Below are positions 48,501-58,774 of a stretch of 64,000 bases of DNA, piece by piece; within the stretch, counting starts at the first letter, position 1; each line of letters starts with the position of its first letter. The DNA comes from an uncultured Paludibacter sp. (GTDB lineage Bacteria; Bacteroidota; Bacteroidia; Bacteroidales; Paludibacteraceae), in NCBI GenBank assembly GCA_964350125.1, contig CAYGJI010000004.1:3443-67442 (forward strand), in the 5' to 3' direction. The position numbers and the translations under genes are program-made. The notes under the pieces were generated by a model. That model saw only the letters and a list, made by a program, of their open reading frames with translations, did no database searches and was not told the DNA's origin.

Positions 48501-49873
48501 TGAAAATGCTACAAGCTGATATAGTGATTATTGGCGCTGGTCTCACCGGCCTCACACTTGCTTATTATCTTCGGCAGGCCGGATTTAAGGTGCTTGTTCT
48601 CGAAAAGGAAAAGCAGGTGGGAGGTGTTATCCAGACTCATCACGAGATGGGTTTTACCTACGAATCGGGACCCAATACAGGCGTGGTTGGTAGTAGTGAG
48701 TTGGTGAAATTGTTTGATGATCTGGGACTTGAGTTCGAAGTTCCGGGTAAAACAGCCCTGGAGCGCTGGATTTGGAAAGGTGACTGCTGGCATGCGATAC
48801 CTACAGGACTCATAACTGCAGTTAAAACTCCCTTGTTCCGGTTTGAGGATAAACTCAGAATCCTTGTTGAACCTTTCAGAAAAGCAGGTAATAATCCTGA
48901 TGAAACAATCTCGGAAATGGTGCGCAGAAGGATGGGTGATAGTTTTCTGGATTATGCTGTTGATCCCTTCATAAGCGGAATTTATGCCGGAGATCCCGAT
49001 AAACTTATCACACGATATGCACTTCCGAAATTGTATGCGCTGGAGCAAAATTATGGCAGCTTTATTCGGGGTGCAATCAAAAAGAAGAAATTACCTAAAA
49101 CTGCTTTGGAACAAAGAGTTACACGTGGCGTTTTTTCTGTTTACGGAGGTTTGGGTAAGTTAATAAAGACTCTGGAATCGAAGATAGGAAGTGAGAATAT
49201 TCTGTGTGATGTTTCGGAATTGAAAGTGAATCATGTTGATAATCAATTTATAACTAATTTCAGGATTGAACAGGATGATTATCAGTTTATTTCCAGTCGT
49301 GTAATCAGCACTATTGGCAGTCATCATCTGCCCCGAGTTTTCAGTTTTATATCCGAAGAACAGGCACTGTCATTTACGAATCTGCGTTATGCCGGAATAG
49401 TACAGGTGGTGGCCGGTTTCCAACAATGGAAGGGGCTCGAAATCCGATCATTCGGTGGTTTGGTACCTTCATCCGAAAAAAAGGATATCCTCGGGATACT
49501 TTTCCCTTCGGCACTTTTCGAAAACCGTGCTCCGAAGGGCGGGGCTATACTCACTTTTTTCATCGGAGGAATAAAACATCCCGAATTATATGCGAAAGGA
49601 GATGAAGAAATAGTTGCGATTGTCAGAAAATCCTTGTCTGAAATGATGAAATGTAGCGATGATCCGGATTTATTGCGCATATTCAGATATCAGCAGGCAA
49701 TTCCCCAATATGAAAGCGATACAGGTGAACGATTGCAGATGGTTCATCAATTAGAAAAACAGTATCCCGGACTGATCATTGCGGGAAATCTGAAAGATGG
49801 CATAGGGATGGCCGATCGCGTAAAACAGGCTGCTAATATTGCCGCAGGAATAATCAGTGAGAATGAGGTATGA
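48497..49873 (+). CDS. hemY: HemY-type FAD-dependent proto-/coproporphyrinogen oxidase
   Basis: IIGAGLTGL, ESGPNT, DPFISGIYAGDP and AIPQY. ATGA coupling. Confidence 0.9.
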   Translation: MMKMLQADIVIIGAGLTGLTLAYYLRQAGFKVLVLEKEKQVGGVIQTHHEMGFTYESGPNTGVVGSSELVKLFDDLGLEFEVPGKTALERWIWKGDCWHAIPTGLITAVKTPLFRFEDKLRILVEPFRKAGNNPDETISEMVRRRMGDSFLDYAVDPFISGIYAGDPDKLITRYALPKLYALEQNYGSFIRGAIKKKKLPKTALEQRVTRGVFSVYGGLGKLIKTLESKIGSENILCDVSELKVNHVDNQFITNFRIEQDDYQFISSRVISTIGSHHLPRVFSFISEEQALSFTNLRYAGIVQVVAGFQQWKGLEIRSFGGLVPSSEKKDILGILFPSALFENRAPKGGAILTFFIGGIKHPELYAKGDEEIVAIVRKSLSEMMKCSDDPDLLRIFRYQQAIPQYESDTGERLQMVHQLEKQYPGLIIAGNLKDGIGMADRVKQAANIAAGIISENEV

Positions 49874-50877
49874 GGAAAGCTGTATTAATGATTAATCTCG
49901 GCACGCCCGACAATCCGGGTCGTAAGGCTGTGGGTCGGTATCTCAGGGAGTTTCTCAACGATCCGATGGTTATCGATTTGCCGGCCATTGCCCGATGGAT
50001 TTTGGTGAATGGCATAATCATACCTTTCAGGGTTTCTAAATCATCGGCTTTGTATCGCAGGGTATGGACCGACAAGGGTTCTCCTTTGCTTTTTCATATG
50101 GAGCGATTGAAAGAAAAGCTGCAAAAAGGGGCAGGTGATGGGTACGATGTTTTTATGGCTATGCGATACCGCAAACCGTCAATTGACAAAGTGCTTGCTG
50201 AAATCAACCGCCGGGGGTACGATTATTTGCAGGTGTGGCCTTTTTATCCTCAATATGCATCATCCACCACTGGGAGCGTAATCCGAAAAGTGGAGGAACT
50301 GCTACCATCTTTTGAAAGTATTGCTAAAGTGCACATAGTCAGACACTTCTATGCGACTGATGCTTTCGTCAATTCCTATGCTTTACGAATTGCTGATTTT
50401 CAGCCCGGGCATTTTGACCATTTGCTGTTTTCTTTTCACAGTGTACCGCTCAATCAAATCAACAATTTGCACCCGGCAATTCATTGCAATAACTGCAATT
50501 GTTCAGTAGAAATGCCCGATCATGGAGCTGAGTGTTATAAAGCTGGATGTTACGACACTGCCCGACGAATTGCAAGAAAGCTTGATTTGCCTGATGAAAG
50601 ATATAGTGTGGCTTTTCAGTCAAGGTTTGCCCGCAAATGGCTTGGCCCTTTTGTTTCGGATAGTTTAACGGACCTGAGAAGCCGCGGTGTGAAGCGGCTG
50701 ATGGTTGTTGCTCCCTCATTCACAGTCGATTGCCTTGAGACAATTGTTGAGATTGGTCAGGATTACCGGCAGCTTTTCCTGGAGCTTGGTGGCGAAGAAC
50801 TCACCCTGGTCGAATGCCTTAATGCTTCCGATTTCTGGGTGAGTTCATTGCATAACGAAATTATCCGCCGTTTCTGA
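49870..50877 (+). CDS. hemH: Ferrochelatase
   Basis: NLGTPD, YPQYASSTTGS, FSFHSVP, FQSR and FTVDCLETIVEI. ATGA coupling. Confidence 0.95.
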   Translation: MRKAVLMINLGTPDNPGRKAVGRYLREFLNDPMVIDLPAIARWILVNGIIIPFRVSKSSALYRRVWTDKGSPLLFHMERLKEKLQKGAGDGYDVFMAMRYRKPSIDKVLAEINRRGYDYLQVWPFYPQYASSTTGSVIRKVEELLPSFESIAKVHIVRHFYATDAFVNSYALRIADFQPGHFDHLLFSFHSVPLNQINNLHPAIHCNNCNCSVEMPDHGAECYKAGCYDTARRIARKLDLPDERYSVAFQSRFARKWLGPFVSDSLTDLRSRGVKRLMVVAPSFTVDCLETIVEIGQDYRQLFLELGGEELTLVECLNASDFWVSSLHNEIIRRF

Positions 50878-50892
50878 AAAACTCTGCAATTC

Positions 50893-52206
50893 TTATTCCT
50901 GTGAAGGCTGCTGCCATTTTATCTTTGTTGATACATACATGATAATTGCCAGAATAATAAACAGTCCGATGCTGCCAATCAGTAAAGCAATATCTTCTAT
51001 CTGAATAACTACATACAGATATCCGTACAAACCAGCCAGTATAAGAGCTAACATGCCGGTTTGTTTTTTGTTTTTGAATATACTTCCGGCGAAAAGACTG
51101 ATTAATGCAATAATTGCAGTGCTTGCTATAAGGTAGGCAATTCCAAATCCGGTTTGCTCTGAAATTGAAAGCAGCAAACTGTAAAAAAGGATCAATCCCA
51201 ATCCTACCAATACATATTGTAACGAATGTATTTTCTTTCCGGTGAGAATTTCTACAAAGAAAAACACTACGAAAGTCAGGGCTATGAACATAATTGCATA
51301 TTTCGCCGATCGTTCGGTTTGCTGATAGTGATTCACCATATCTACCAAGCGGATACCAAACGATGATGATTGCAGGTCATCCACTTCGTTATTGGTCCAC
51401 TGTTCGGGTATATTCCTGTTAAAATGAAGCACTTCCCAGTTAGCTTTGAAATCTTTCACAGTAATTTCATGGTCAGGACTGAATTTCCCGATGAACCCCG
51501 GAGCATTCCATGCACCATCTACCTGCACCTTGGTTGTGCGCCCTACCGGCACAAAATTAATACTGTTGCTGCCTTTCAGTTTTAACAAGCATTTGAATGC
51601 ATTGCTCTTTGAGCCGGCTTCAGGAGTCATGCCTGCTGAAATAACCAGGCCCGCTCCAATATTGTCTCCATCACTGCCCCCGGCTTCTGCACTAAGTTTA
51701 TTATCAGCAAAATAAAAATCCGGAATGTTGAATATCCCACGAAGATCGCTGATGCCTATTCGGAGATATGCCTCATCCCATAAAATCCGGGTAACCGGTA
51801 TTTTCTTAAAATCGACTGATGCAAAATTCCCCGTTACTTCCAGTTCACTTTCATATAAAACCGATTTGTAAATACCGTAATATTTTTCACGTGGTATCAG
51901 CGAAGCTTTGATATTAAGCTTTTCAGGAGTAATGTTCAGATTTTTTCTGATGGTAATTATACTCTTCTCTTCCTGAATCAGCATCTCATAAGGTATAACC
52001 AATAAAGGACCCGTGATTGTTTGATCGTTGCTCCACAAATTGTTGATGTTGGCAATAGCCTCTTCGCTGCGGTTTTTGCGCTCCCGAATCAATTCACTGA
52101 TCATAGCACCCGGAATCAGAAGTAACAGGCTGATAATTGCCGTTACTATGGCTTTCCAGGTTACACTTCTGCTGAATTTTTCTGCAGATTTTTTAATAGT
52201 TTCCAT
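50893..52206 (-). CDS. creD: Inner-membrane protein CreD
   Basis: QTITGPLLVIPY, YQQTERSAKYA, IHSLQYVLVG and ALLIGS. Confidence 0.92.
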   Translation of the reverse strand: METIKKSAEKFSRSVTWKAIVTAIISLLLLIPGAMISELIRERKNRSEEAIANINNLWSNDQTITGPLLVIPYEMLIQEEKSIITIRKNLNITPEKLNIKASLIPREKYYGIYKSVLYESELEVTGNFASVDFKKIPVTRILWDEAYLRIGISDLRGIFNIPDFYFADNKLSAEAGGSDGDNIGAGLVISAGMTPEAGSKSNAFKCLLKLKGSNSINFVPVGRTTKVQVDGAWNAPGFIGKFSPDHEITVKDFKANWEVLHFNRNIPEQWTNNEVDDLQSSSFGIRLVDMVNHYQQTERSAKYAIMFIALTFVVFFFVEILTGKKIHSLQYVLVGLGLILFYSLLLSISEQTGFGIAYLIASTAIIALISLFAGSIFKNKKQTGMLALILAGLYGYLYVVIQIEDIALLIGSIGLFIILAIIMYVSTKIKWQQPSQE

Positions 52207-52593
52207 GAATTTTTGGTTTTTTTGTATTGTTGATTTAAAGTGCTTTGAGACGCAAAGTTAAGGTTTGCTTTTGAATTCAAAATTCTAATAAGAAAATTTA
52301 ACTGTACTGCGGTTGTGCGAATTTTAACTCTTTATTTAATCGTATTTTGATGGTATTGTGATTGTATTGAATACTATCAGAAGTCCGTGATGTGATTATA
52401 AGATATATACTGTTAAGTAGAAACGGATAAATTCTTTATTAGATTTAACCATATTGTTTTTGTTTAATTTTGCGATTTAATAAAAATGCGTAAATTTGCA
52501 GGAAATTTTCGAATAAAATTGAAAATTTGTCAGGACTCAGTATTCAGATACTGTATCAGGTTATCATTTAATAACTTAACTAAGCACGACACA

Positions 52594-55110
52594 ATGTTGA
52601 AAAAATTTTCATTGTTATTGTTTTCGTTGGCTTCATTGATTACAATGGCCGAAACCCGAACAACTGGTTTTGCAGTAACAGGCCAGATTATTGATTCACT
52701 CACCCGGGAATCGCTTCCTTATGTTACCTGTTCTGTTTTTCCTGAGAAAAACCCACAGCAGGCTGTAACACGTTTTGCTGCTGATGCTGATGGAAAATTT
52801 AACGGAGAGTTAAAGACTCCGGGAAATTACACATTGCTGATTTCCTTTGTTGGCAAGCAACCCGCCCGTATTCCTTTCGTAGTTGATGAAAACCGCAGGG
52901 TAGCACGCGTAGGAACAATAGCATTAAGTGGTAGCGAGCAGGCACTCAGGGACTTGGACGTAGTGGCAGTAAAACCGCTTATCAAGGCTGAAGCCGATCG
53001 TATCATCTACGATACAGGACAAGATCCCGAGTCGCAATCGTCGACAGTTCTCGATATGTTACGTAAGGTCCCCATGGTAACTGTTGATGGACAAGACAAT
53101 ATCCAACTGAAAGGGTCAGGGAATTTTAAGTTTTTCCTCAATGGAAAACCTACGAACATGTTCAACAATAATCCCGGAATGATTCTGAAGAGTTTTCCGG
53201 CCAGCATGGTTAGCAAAATAGAGGTAATAACGCAACCTGGTGCAAAATATGATGCTGAGGGGATAGGAGGAATCATCAATATAGTGACTTTGCAACAGGC
53301 TTCTGCTCAGGGCTATTCTGCAACAGCCAATGTGCAGGCATCTTCGCGTGGTTCACTGGGTGGTGGATTGAACCTCATGTTGCAACAGGGAAAATTCAGT
53401 TTCTCGGGGAATTACAGCTATAATTATAACAAACAATTTCCGGTAATTACCGATACCGAACGCTCCACCTATGTTGCCGGATCGCCTTATGCTACCGGTA
53501 GGCAGGTAGCAACAGTAAATAATGTTACGCCCATGCAGTTTGGTAGCGGTCAGTTGTCTTACGAACCCGATAGTCTGAATTTATTTACATTCACTTTTAA
53601 CAGGCGGTTTGGCAGAACAAGTGGTGAAACTGAAGCTAAGACTGAGAGTTTTGATGGAACAGGAACGAAACTTTTCGAATATTCGCAGTTAAACACCAAT
53701 AAATTGAGTTGGGGTTCCACCGATTTTGGCCTCGATTACCAGCGTTCATTCAAACGCCCGGAGGAGTTATTAACTATTTCATACAAATTAAGCAATACCC
53801 CCAATAACAGTAATTTTGAAGCGACGAATACCATCAATCAGTCATATGTTGCTCTGCCTCAACCCGGTTTGTCGCAATGGAGTAAAAGTGATAATAAAGC
53901 CTCAACCGATGAACACACTTTTCAGGCCGATTATACTATACCGGTTGCAAAAGGTCATAAAGTAGAAGGTGGGCTCAAATATATTCTCCGTTTGAATAAC
54001 AGTGAAACTAAAGAAGCCTATAAGTACTTCGATTTTACAAAGCCTTATCATTACAGTCCCTACCTTGAAAAGGACAGTAACTGGAATTTCCTCAATCAGC
54101 AGGATATTATGGGAACTTACCTGAGTTACACCGGAAACATTGGGAAATGGGGCATTAAAAGCGGCGTACGATATGAATATACATGGCTGAAAGCATTGTT
54201 TGATGATCAGGTAAGAAATTTCTCAACCAATTACGGTGCTTTGGTACCTTCGGCCATTCTTACATATCAACTGGCTCAGATGCAAAGCATTAAACTTGGT
54301 TACAATAAGCGAATTCAACGTCCGGGTATCGGATTTCTTAATCCTTACGTCGATCGGAGAGACCCCAATTATATCAACTACGGAAATCCCGATCTTGACC
54401 CTGAAAACAGTCATGCATTTAATTTGGGATACAGTAGTTTTGAAACAAAATACAACCTGAATGCCGAATTGGAATACAGTTTTGTGAATAATGCCATAGA
54501 GCAGTATTCCTTTATTCGTGAAGGTGGTACTGTTCAGGAGATTACCTATGATAATATTGGGAAAAACCGTCAGATAGGAGTGAATTTGTTTGGTAGCTAC
54601 AGGGGTCTGCCCTGGCTGAATCTTTTTGTAAACAGCAATGTGAGCTTTGTGAGTAGAATGAGTGAATCGCTGAATATAGCCAATGAAGGGTTTACCGGAC
54701 GGTTGTTTGTTGGAGGAACATTTATGCTTCCCAAAGATTTCAGAATCAGTACCGGAGCCGGAGGAAACCTGCCGCAAATCAATTTGCAGGGTAGTCAGTC
54801 GGCATTCTATTTTAGCTATGCCGCCATTTCGAAGGCAATGTTGAAAAAAAGACTGAATTTATCCCTAAGCGCAGTTTACCTGCCTGTGCCAAATATCATC
54901 CTTACAACCAGGGGAGTAAATCCCAATACCGGTCAAACAACTTTCGAACAGCGTACCGATGTGTTCCTGACAAGTCAGGCTGAATTGCGATTGAATATTT
55001 CATATCGCCTGGGGGATATCAAAGCTGAAATTAAGAAAACCCGGAAGACTATTTCAAACGACGACCAAAAAATCAGGGATCAGACGAATCTGGGTGAATC
55101 GCCAATGTAA
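52594..55110 (+). CDS. TonB-dependent-receptor-like outer-membrane beta-barrel (OMP_b-brl_3 type)
   Basis: LRKVPMVTVD, IEVITQPGAKYDAEGIGGIINIV, RIQRP..LNP and GNPDLDPE. Confidence 0.85.
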   Translation: MLKKFSLLLFSLASLITMAETRTTGFAVTGQIIDSLTRESLPYVTCSVFPEKNPQQAVTRFAADADGKFNGELKTPGNYTLLISFVGKQPARIPFVVDENRRVARVGTIALSGSEQALRDLDVVAVKPLIKAEADRIIYDTGQDPESQSSTVLDMLRKVPMVTVDGQDNIQLKGSGNFKFFLNGKPTNMFNNNPGMILKSFPASMVSKIEVITQPGAKYDAEGIGGIINIVTLQQASAQGYSATANVQASSRGSLGGGLNLMLQQGKFSFSGNYSYNYNKQFPVITDTERSTYVAGSPYATGRQVATVNNVTPMQFGSGQLSYEPDSLNLFTFTFNRRFGRTSGETEAKTESFDGTGTKLFEYSQLNTNKLSWGSTDFGLDYQRSFKRPEELLTISYKLSNTPNNSNFEATNTINQSYVALPQPGLSQWSKSDNKASTDEHTFQADYTIPVAKGHKVEGGLKYILRLNNSETKEAYKYFDFTKPYHYSPYLEKDSNWNFLNQQDIMGTYLSYTGNIGKWGIKSGVRYEYTWLKALFDDQVRNFSTNYGALVPSAILTYQLAQMQSIKLGYNKRIQRPGIGFLNPYVDRRDPNYINYGNPDLDPENSHAFNLGYSSFETKYNLNAELEYSFVNNAIEQYSFIREGGTVQEITYDNIGKNRQIGVNLFGSYRGLPWLNLFVNSNVSFVSRMSESLNIANEGFTGRLFVGGTFMLPKDFRISTGAGGNLPQINLQGSQSAFYFSYAAISKAMLKKRLNLSLSAVYLPVPNIILTTRGVNPNTGQTTFEQRTDVFLTSQAELRLNISYRLGDIKAEIKKTRKTISNDDQKIRDQTNLGESPM

Positions 55111-55121
55111 CAGATAACAAT

Positions 55122-55155
55122 AAAAGGAGGCTTCTGTCAATTTAACCCTCCTTTT
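55122..55155 (+). terminator. Hairpin terminator
   Basis: AAAAGGAGG...CCTCCTTTT. Confidence 0.55.
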
Positions 55156-55235
55156 ACAACAAAATTTCCTCAAATAACATTTCCAAAGAAGATATCTTTG
55201 CATCGAATAAAGTTTTTTATTTTAATGTTAATCCG

Positions 55236-56897
55236 ATGCACAGATATCTATCCTTTTTTTTGCTGCTAATTCTTTTGTTCTTTACTGCAAGTATTTCATC
55301 ACAGGTGTCTTCATTCCCGGGTGCTGGCGGTGGAGGTATGTATACTACCGGTGGCCGGGGTGGCAGGGTGATTTATGTGACTTCACTGGCCGATACCAAT
55401 ACTGAAGGTACTTTGCGCTGGGCCATCAATCAATCAGGAGCCCGCATAATCATGTTTAAAGTTTCGGGTATCATCACGCTCACCAGCGCGCTAAGAATCA
55501 ACAATGGCAATGTTACCATTGCCGGACAAACAGCTCCGGGCGATGGTATCTGCTTGCGAAACTACGAAATGAATGTTAGTGCCGATAATGTGATTATCCG
55601 TTTTATCCGTTTTAGGTTAGGTAATGCGATTCCGACGGTTGAGAGCGATGCTATTTGGGGACGTTACCGCAGAAATATAATTATCGATCATTGCTCGATG
55701 AGTTGGAGCATCGACGAATGTGCATCTTTCTACAGCAATGAGAATTTTTCACTTCAATGGTGTATCATTGCCGAATCGCTCAACAATGCTGGTCACTCGA
55801 AGGGAGCTCACGGATATGGAGGGTTGTGGGGAGGTAAAAACGCCTCTTTTCATCACAATCTTTTGGCACATCACAACAGTCGCAATCCACGCTTTAATGG
55901 ATGGAAGCGTTCGGGTTTGAGTTATACCAATCCTATGGATGAGGAGAGGGTCGATTTTCGTAATAACGTGATATATAATGCCGGAGATAACTCTTCATAC
56001 GGAGGTGAGGCTGCAGGAAAATACAATATCGTGGGTAACTATATCAAATACGGGCCTGCAACCAAGTCGTCAATCCGGTTTAAAGTGACTCAGGTCGATA
56101 TCGACGCATCCACCTTATACGGTCAGCGTTTCGGCACTTATTATATTCAGGATAATTTTGTTTTTGAAAGTACAGCCAATACGCAAAACAACTGGCTGGG
56201 AGTAACATATGCCTCAGGTGTCAATCAGTCTGCAGCGCGGGCCAACGTCCCATTTGAATGTACGCCCATCATGCAGCACACTGCTGTTGTGGCTTTCGAA
56301 CGCGTACTCGATCATGCAGGTGCTTCGCTCGTGCGTGATGCTGTGGATGCGCGTATTGTTCATGAAACCCGAACAGGAACTGCAACTTTTACCGGCTCTG
56401 TAACCAAGCGTCCGGGAATTATCGATACTCCCAATGATGTTGGAGGTTATCCGGTTTACAACTCTGCAGCAGCTCCGGCCGACAGTGATAACGACGGTAT
56501 TCCTGATGGTTGGCTGGAAGCTAATTATCCAGGAAATACAGCCAATCAGGTTCATGAAAGTGGCTATACTTATGTAGAGCTCTATATCAACAGCCTCGTT
56601 CAGCACATTGTGGATGCTAAGAATCAGGGTGCGCTAACTTCGGGTATTGATGAAAATGCACTTGCTGCAGATGGTTTGAGTTTAGTAGTTGATGCCGCAT
56701 CACGTACTTTGTTTCTCGAATCGGCTACACCAATGCACAGAATGATGGTGAGCGACCTGTCGGGCAGAATGATCTTGAACCGCAGTATTAACGAATTGCA
56801 AACCACGATTCAGCTTCCTGATTTGACCCCGGGCATTTATCTGGTGTCGGTGGCATACGACCGCAATAAAGCAAGAACCTTCAAAGTTAAGCTTTAA
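55236..56897 (+). CDS. PL1-family pectate lyase-like protein with T9SS CTD
   Basis: FPGAGGGG..TTGGRGG, GQTAPGDG, IDHCSMSWSIDE, SRNPR and DSDNDGIPD. A TATCTTTG -7 box lies at 55193-55200. Confidence 0.88.
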   Translation: MHRYLSFFLLLILLFFTASISSQVSSFPGAGGGGMYTTGGRGGRVIYVTSLADTNTEGTLRWAINQSGARIIMFKVSGIITLTSALRINNGNVTIAGQTAPGDGICLRNYEMNVSADNVIIRFIRFRLGNAIPTVESDAIWGRYRRNIIIDHCSMSWSIDECASFYSNENFSLQWCIIAESLNNAGHSKGAHGYGGLWGGKNASFHHNLLAHHNSRNPRFNGWKRSGLSYTNPMDEERVDFRNNVIYNAGDNSSYGGEAAGKYNIVGNYIKYGPATKSSIRFKVTQVDIDASTLYGQRFGTYYIQDNFVFESTANTQNNWLGVTYASGVNQSAARANVPFECTPIMQHTAVVAFERVLDHAGASLVRDAVDARIVHETRTGTATFTGSVTKRPGIIDTPNDVGGYPVYNSAAAPADSDNDGIPDGWLEANYPGNTANQVHESGYTYVELYINSLVQHIVDAKNQGALTSGIDENALAADGLSLVVDAASRTLFLESATPMHRMMVSDLSGRMILNRSINELQTTIQLPDLTPGIYLVSVAYDRNKARTFKVKL

Positions 56898-56913
56898 GGT
56901 TTCGTTAAAACAG

Positions 56914-56949
56914 AAGAGCCTGTCAGAAAATTAATACTGACAGGCTCTT
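56914..56949. terminator. Bidirectional terminator between the PL1 gene and glyQS
   Basis: AAGAGCCTGTCAG...CTGACAGGCTCTT perfect 13-bp stem. Confidence 0.8.
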
Positions 56950-56973
56950 GAATTTTGGTGTTGAACTTTTCTT

Positions 56974-58521
56974 TTATTCAACAATTTTCCTGAAAAGATT
57001 TTTCATATTCACCAATTCTCCGATGGTTGATTGGAGTTCAGAAGCTGAAATGCGCTCTTGAGCCATGCTATCGCGATGACGGATAGTAACTGTGTTATCT
57101 TCCAATGTCTGATGATCAACGGTGATACAGAACGGAGTACCCACAGCATCCTGACGGCGGTACCGTTTGCCGATAGAATCTTTCTCATCATAGAAACATT
57201 TGAAATCGAATTTCAGATCGTTCATGATTTCACGGGCTTTCTCGGGTAATCCATCCTTTTTAACCAATGGCAGGATTGCTGCTTTTACAGGGGCAAGCAC
57301 AGGTGGAAGCTTCAATACCACGCGATTGTCGCCACCATCGAGGGCTTCTTCGGTGTAAGAAGCAGCCATAATGGAAAGGAAGGTCCGGTCGACCCCGATC
57401 GAAGTTTCTACCACATAAGGCGTGTACGACTGATTCAACTCAGGATCGAAATACTTGATGTTTTTGCCCGAATACTGCTCGTGACTGCCCAAATCGAAAT
57501 CGGTGCGCGAATGAATTCCTTCCACTTCCTTGAACCCAAACGGCATTTCGAACTCGATGTCGGTTGCGGCATTGGCATAATGCGCCAGCTTGTCGTGGTC
57601 GTGGAAACGATATTTGTGGTCGCCCAAACCGAGGGCTTTGTGCCAGCGCAAACGCCATTGTTTCCAGTATTCGAACCACTGCATTTCTTCGCCGGGACGC
57701 ACAAAAAACTGCATTTCCATCTGTTCAAATTCCCTCATGCGGAAAATAAACTGACGAGCCACAATCTCGTTACGGAAAGCCTTGCCAATCTGTGCGATTC
57801 CAAACGGTATCTTCATGCGTCCTGTTTTCTGCACATTCAGATAATTCACAAAAATACCCTGAGCTGTTTCAGGTCGTAGATAAACCTTCAGGGCACCATC
57901 GGCAGTTGAACCCATTTCGGTCGAGAACATGAGATTGAACTGACGCACATCGGTCCAGTTTTTGGTGCCGCTCACAGGACAAACCACCTCATAATCTTCG
58001 ATGATGGCTTTCAGTTCGGCTAAATCAGAATCATTCAGCGCTTTCACAAAACGACTATGAATCTCATCGCGTTTTGTCTGATTCTCAAGTACGCGGTCGT
58101 TGGTCGTTCGAAAAACTGCCTCATCGAATTTATCGCCGAAACGTTTGGCGGCTTTTTCAACTTCCTTCTGAATTTTGTCGTCGTATTTTGCCAGCAGATC
58201 TTCTATCAGTACATCGGCGCGATAACGTTTCTTGCTGTCTTTGTTGTCGATGAGCGGATCGTTGAATGCATCCACATGACCCGAAGCTTTCCAGGTTGTA
58301 GGGTGCATAAAAATAGCTGCATCAATCCCTACTACATTTTCGTTGAGCAACACCATGCTGTCCCACCAATACTTCTTGATGTTGTTTTTCAACTCAACAC
58401 CATTCTGACCGTAGTCGTACACCGCACCCAAGCCATCGTAAATCTCACTCGATGGAAAAACAAATCCATACTCTTTGCAATGTGCAATTAATTTTCTGAA
58501 AACATCTTCCTGTGAAGCCAT
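56974..58521 (-). CDS. glyQS: Glycine--tRNA ligase (alpha2, eukaryote-like type)
   Basis: YLRPETAQGIF, GKAFRNEI, REFEQME and SIGKRYRRQD. Start MASQED at 58521. Confidence 0.97.
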   Translation of the reverse strand: MASQEDVFRKLIAHCKEYGFVFPSSEIYDGLGAVYDYGQNGVELKNNIKKYWWDSMVLLNENVVGIDAAIFMHPTTWKASGHVDAFNDPLIDNKDSKKRYRADVLIEDLLAKYDDKIQKEVEKAAKRFGDKFDEAVFRTTNDRVLENQTKRDEIHSRFVKALNDSDLAELKAIIEDYEVVCPVSGTKNWTDVRQFNLMFSTEMGSTADGALKVYLRPETAQGIFVNYLNVQKTGRMKIPFGIAQIGKAFRNEIVARQFIFRMREFEQMEMQFFVRPGEEMQWFEYWKQWRLRWHKALGLGDHKYRFHDHDKLAHYANAATDIEFEMPFGFKEVEGIHSRTDFDLGSHEQYSGKNIKYFDPELNQSYTPYVVETSIGVDRTFLSIMAASYTEEALDGGDNRVVLKLPPVLAPVKAAILPLVKKDGLPEKAREIMNDLKFDFKCFYDEKDSIGKRYRRQDAVGTPFCITVDHQTLEDNTVTIRHRDSMAQERISASELQSTIGELVNMKNLFRKIVE

Positions 58522-58774
58522 ATTTATTTTATTTTTGTTCGTTATCAATGAAAGTCTTCTTTCGGAATTAATAAAAGAAGTTTCTATATTGATGAAAATC
58601 AATAAATTATAATCATATTGTTGTCTGTAATCCTCTATTTAAATGAAAAAAAATCATAATAATCTACCGTAATAATTTCCGGAAATGAGCGCGCAAAGTT
58701 ACTGTTTTTTTTGTACTTTTGTGGGTTCATTTTCAAAAAATAGTGTATAAAAGGCTTAAAGATAATACTTTCGC

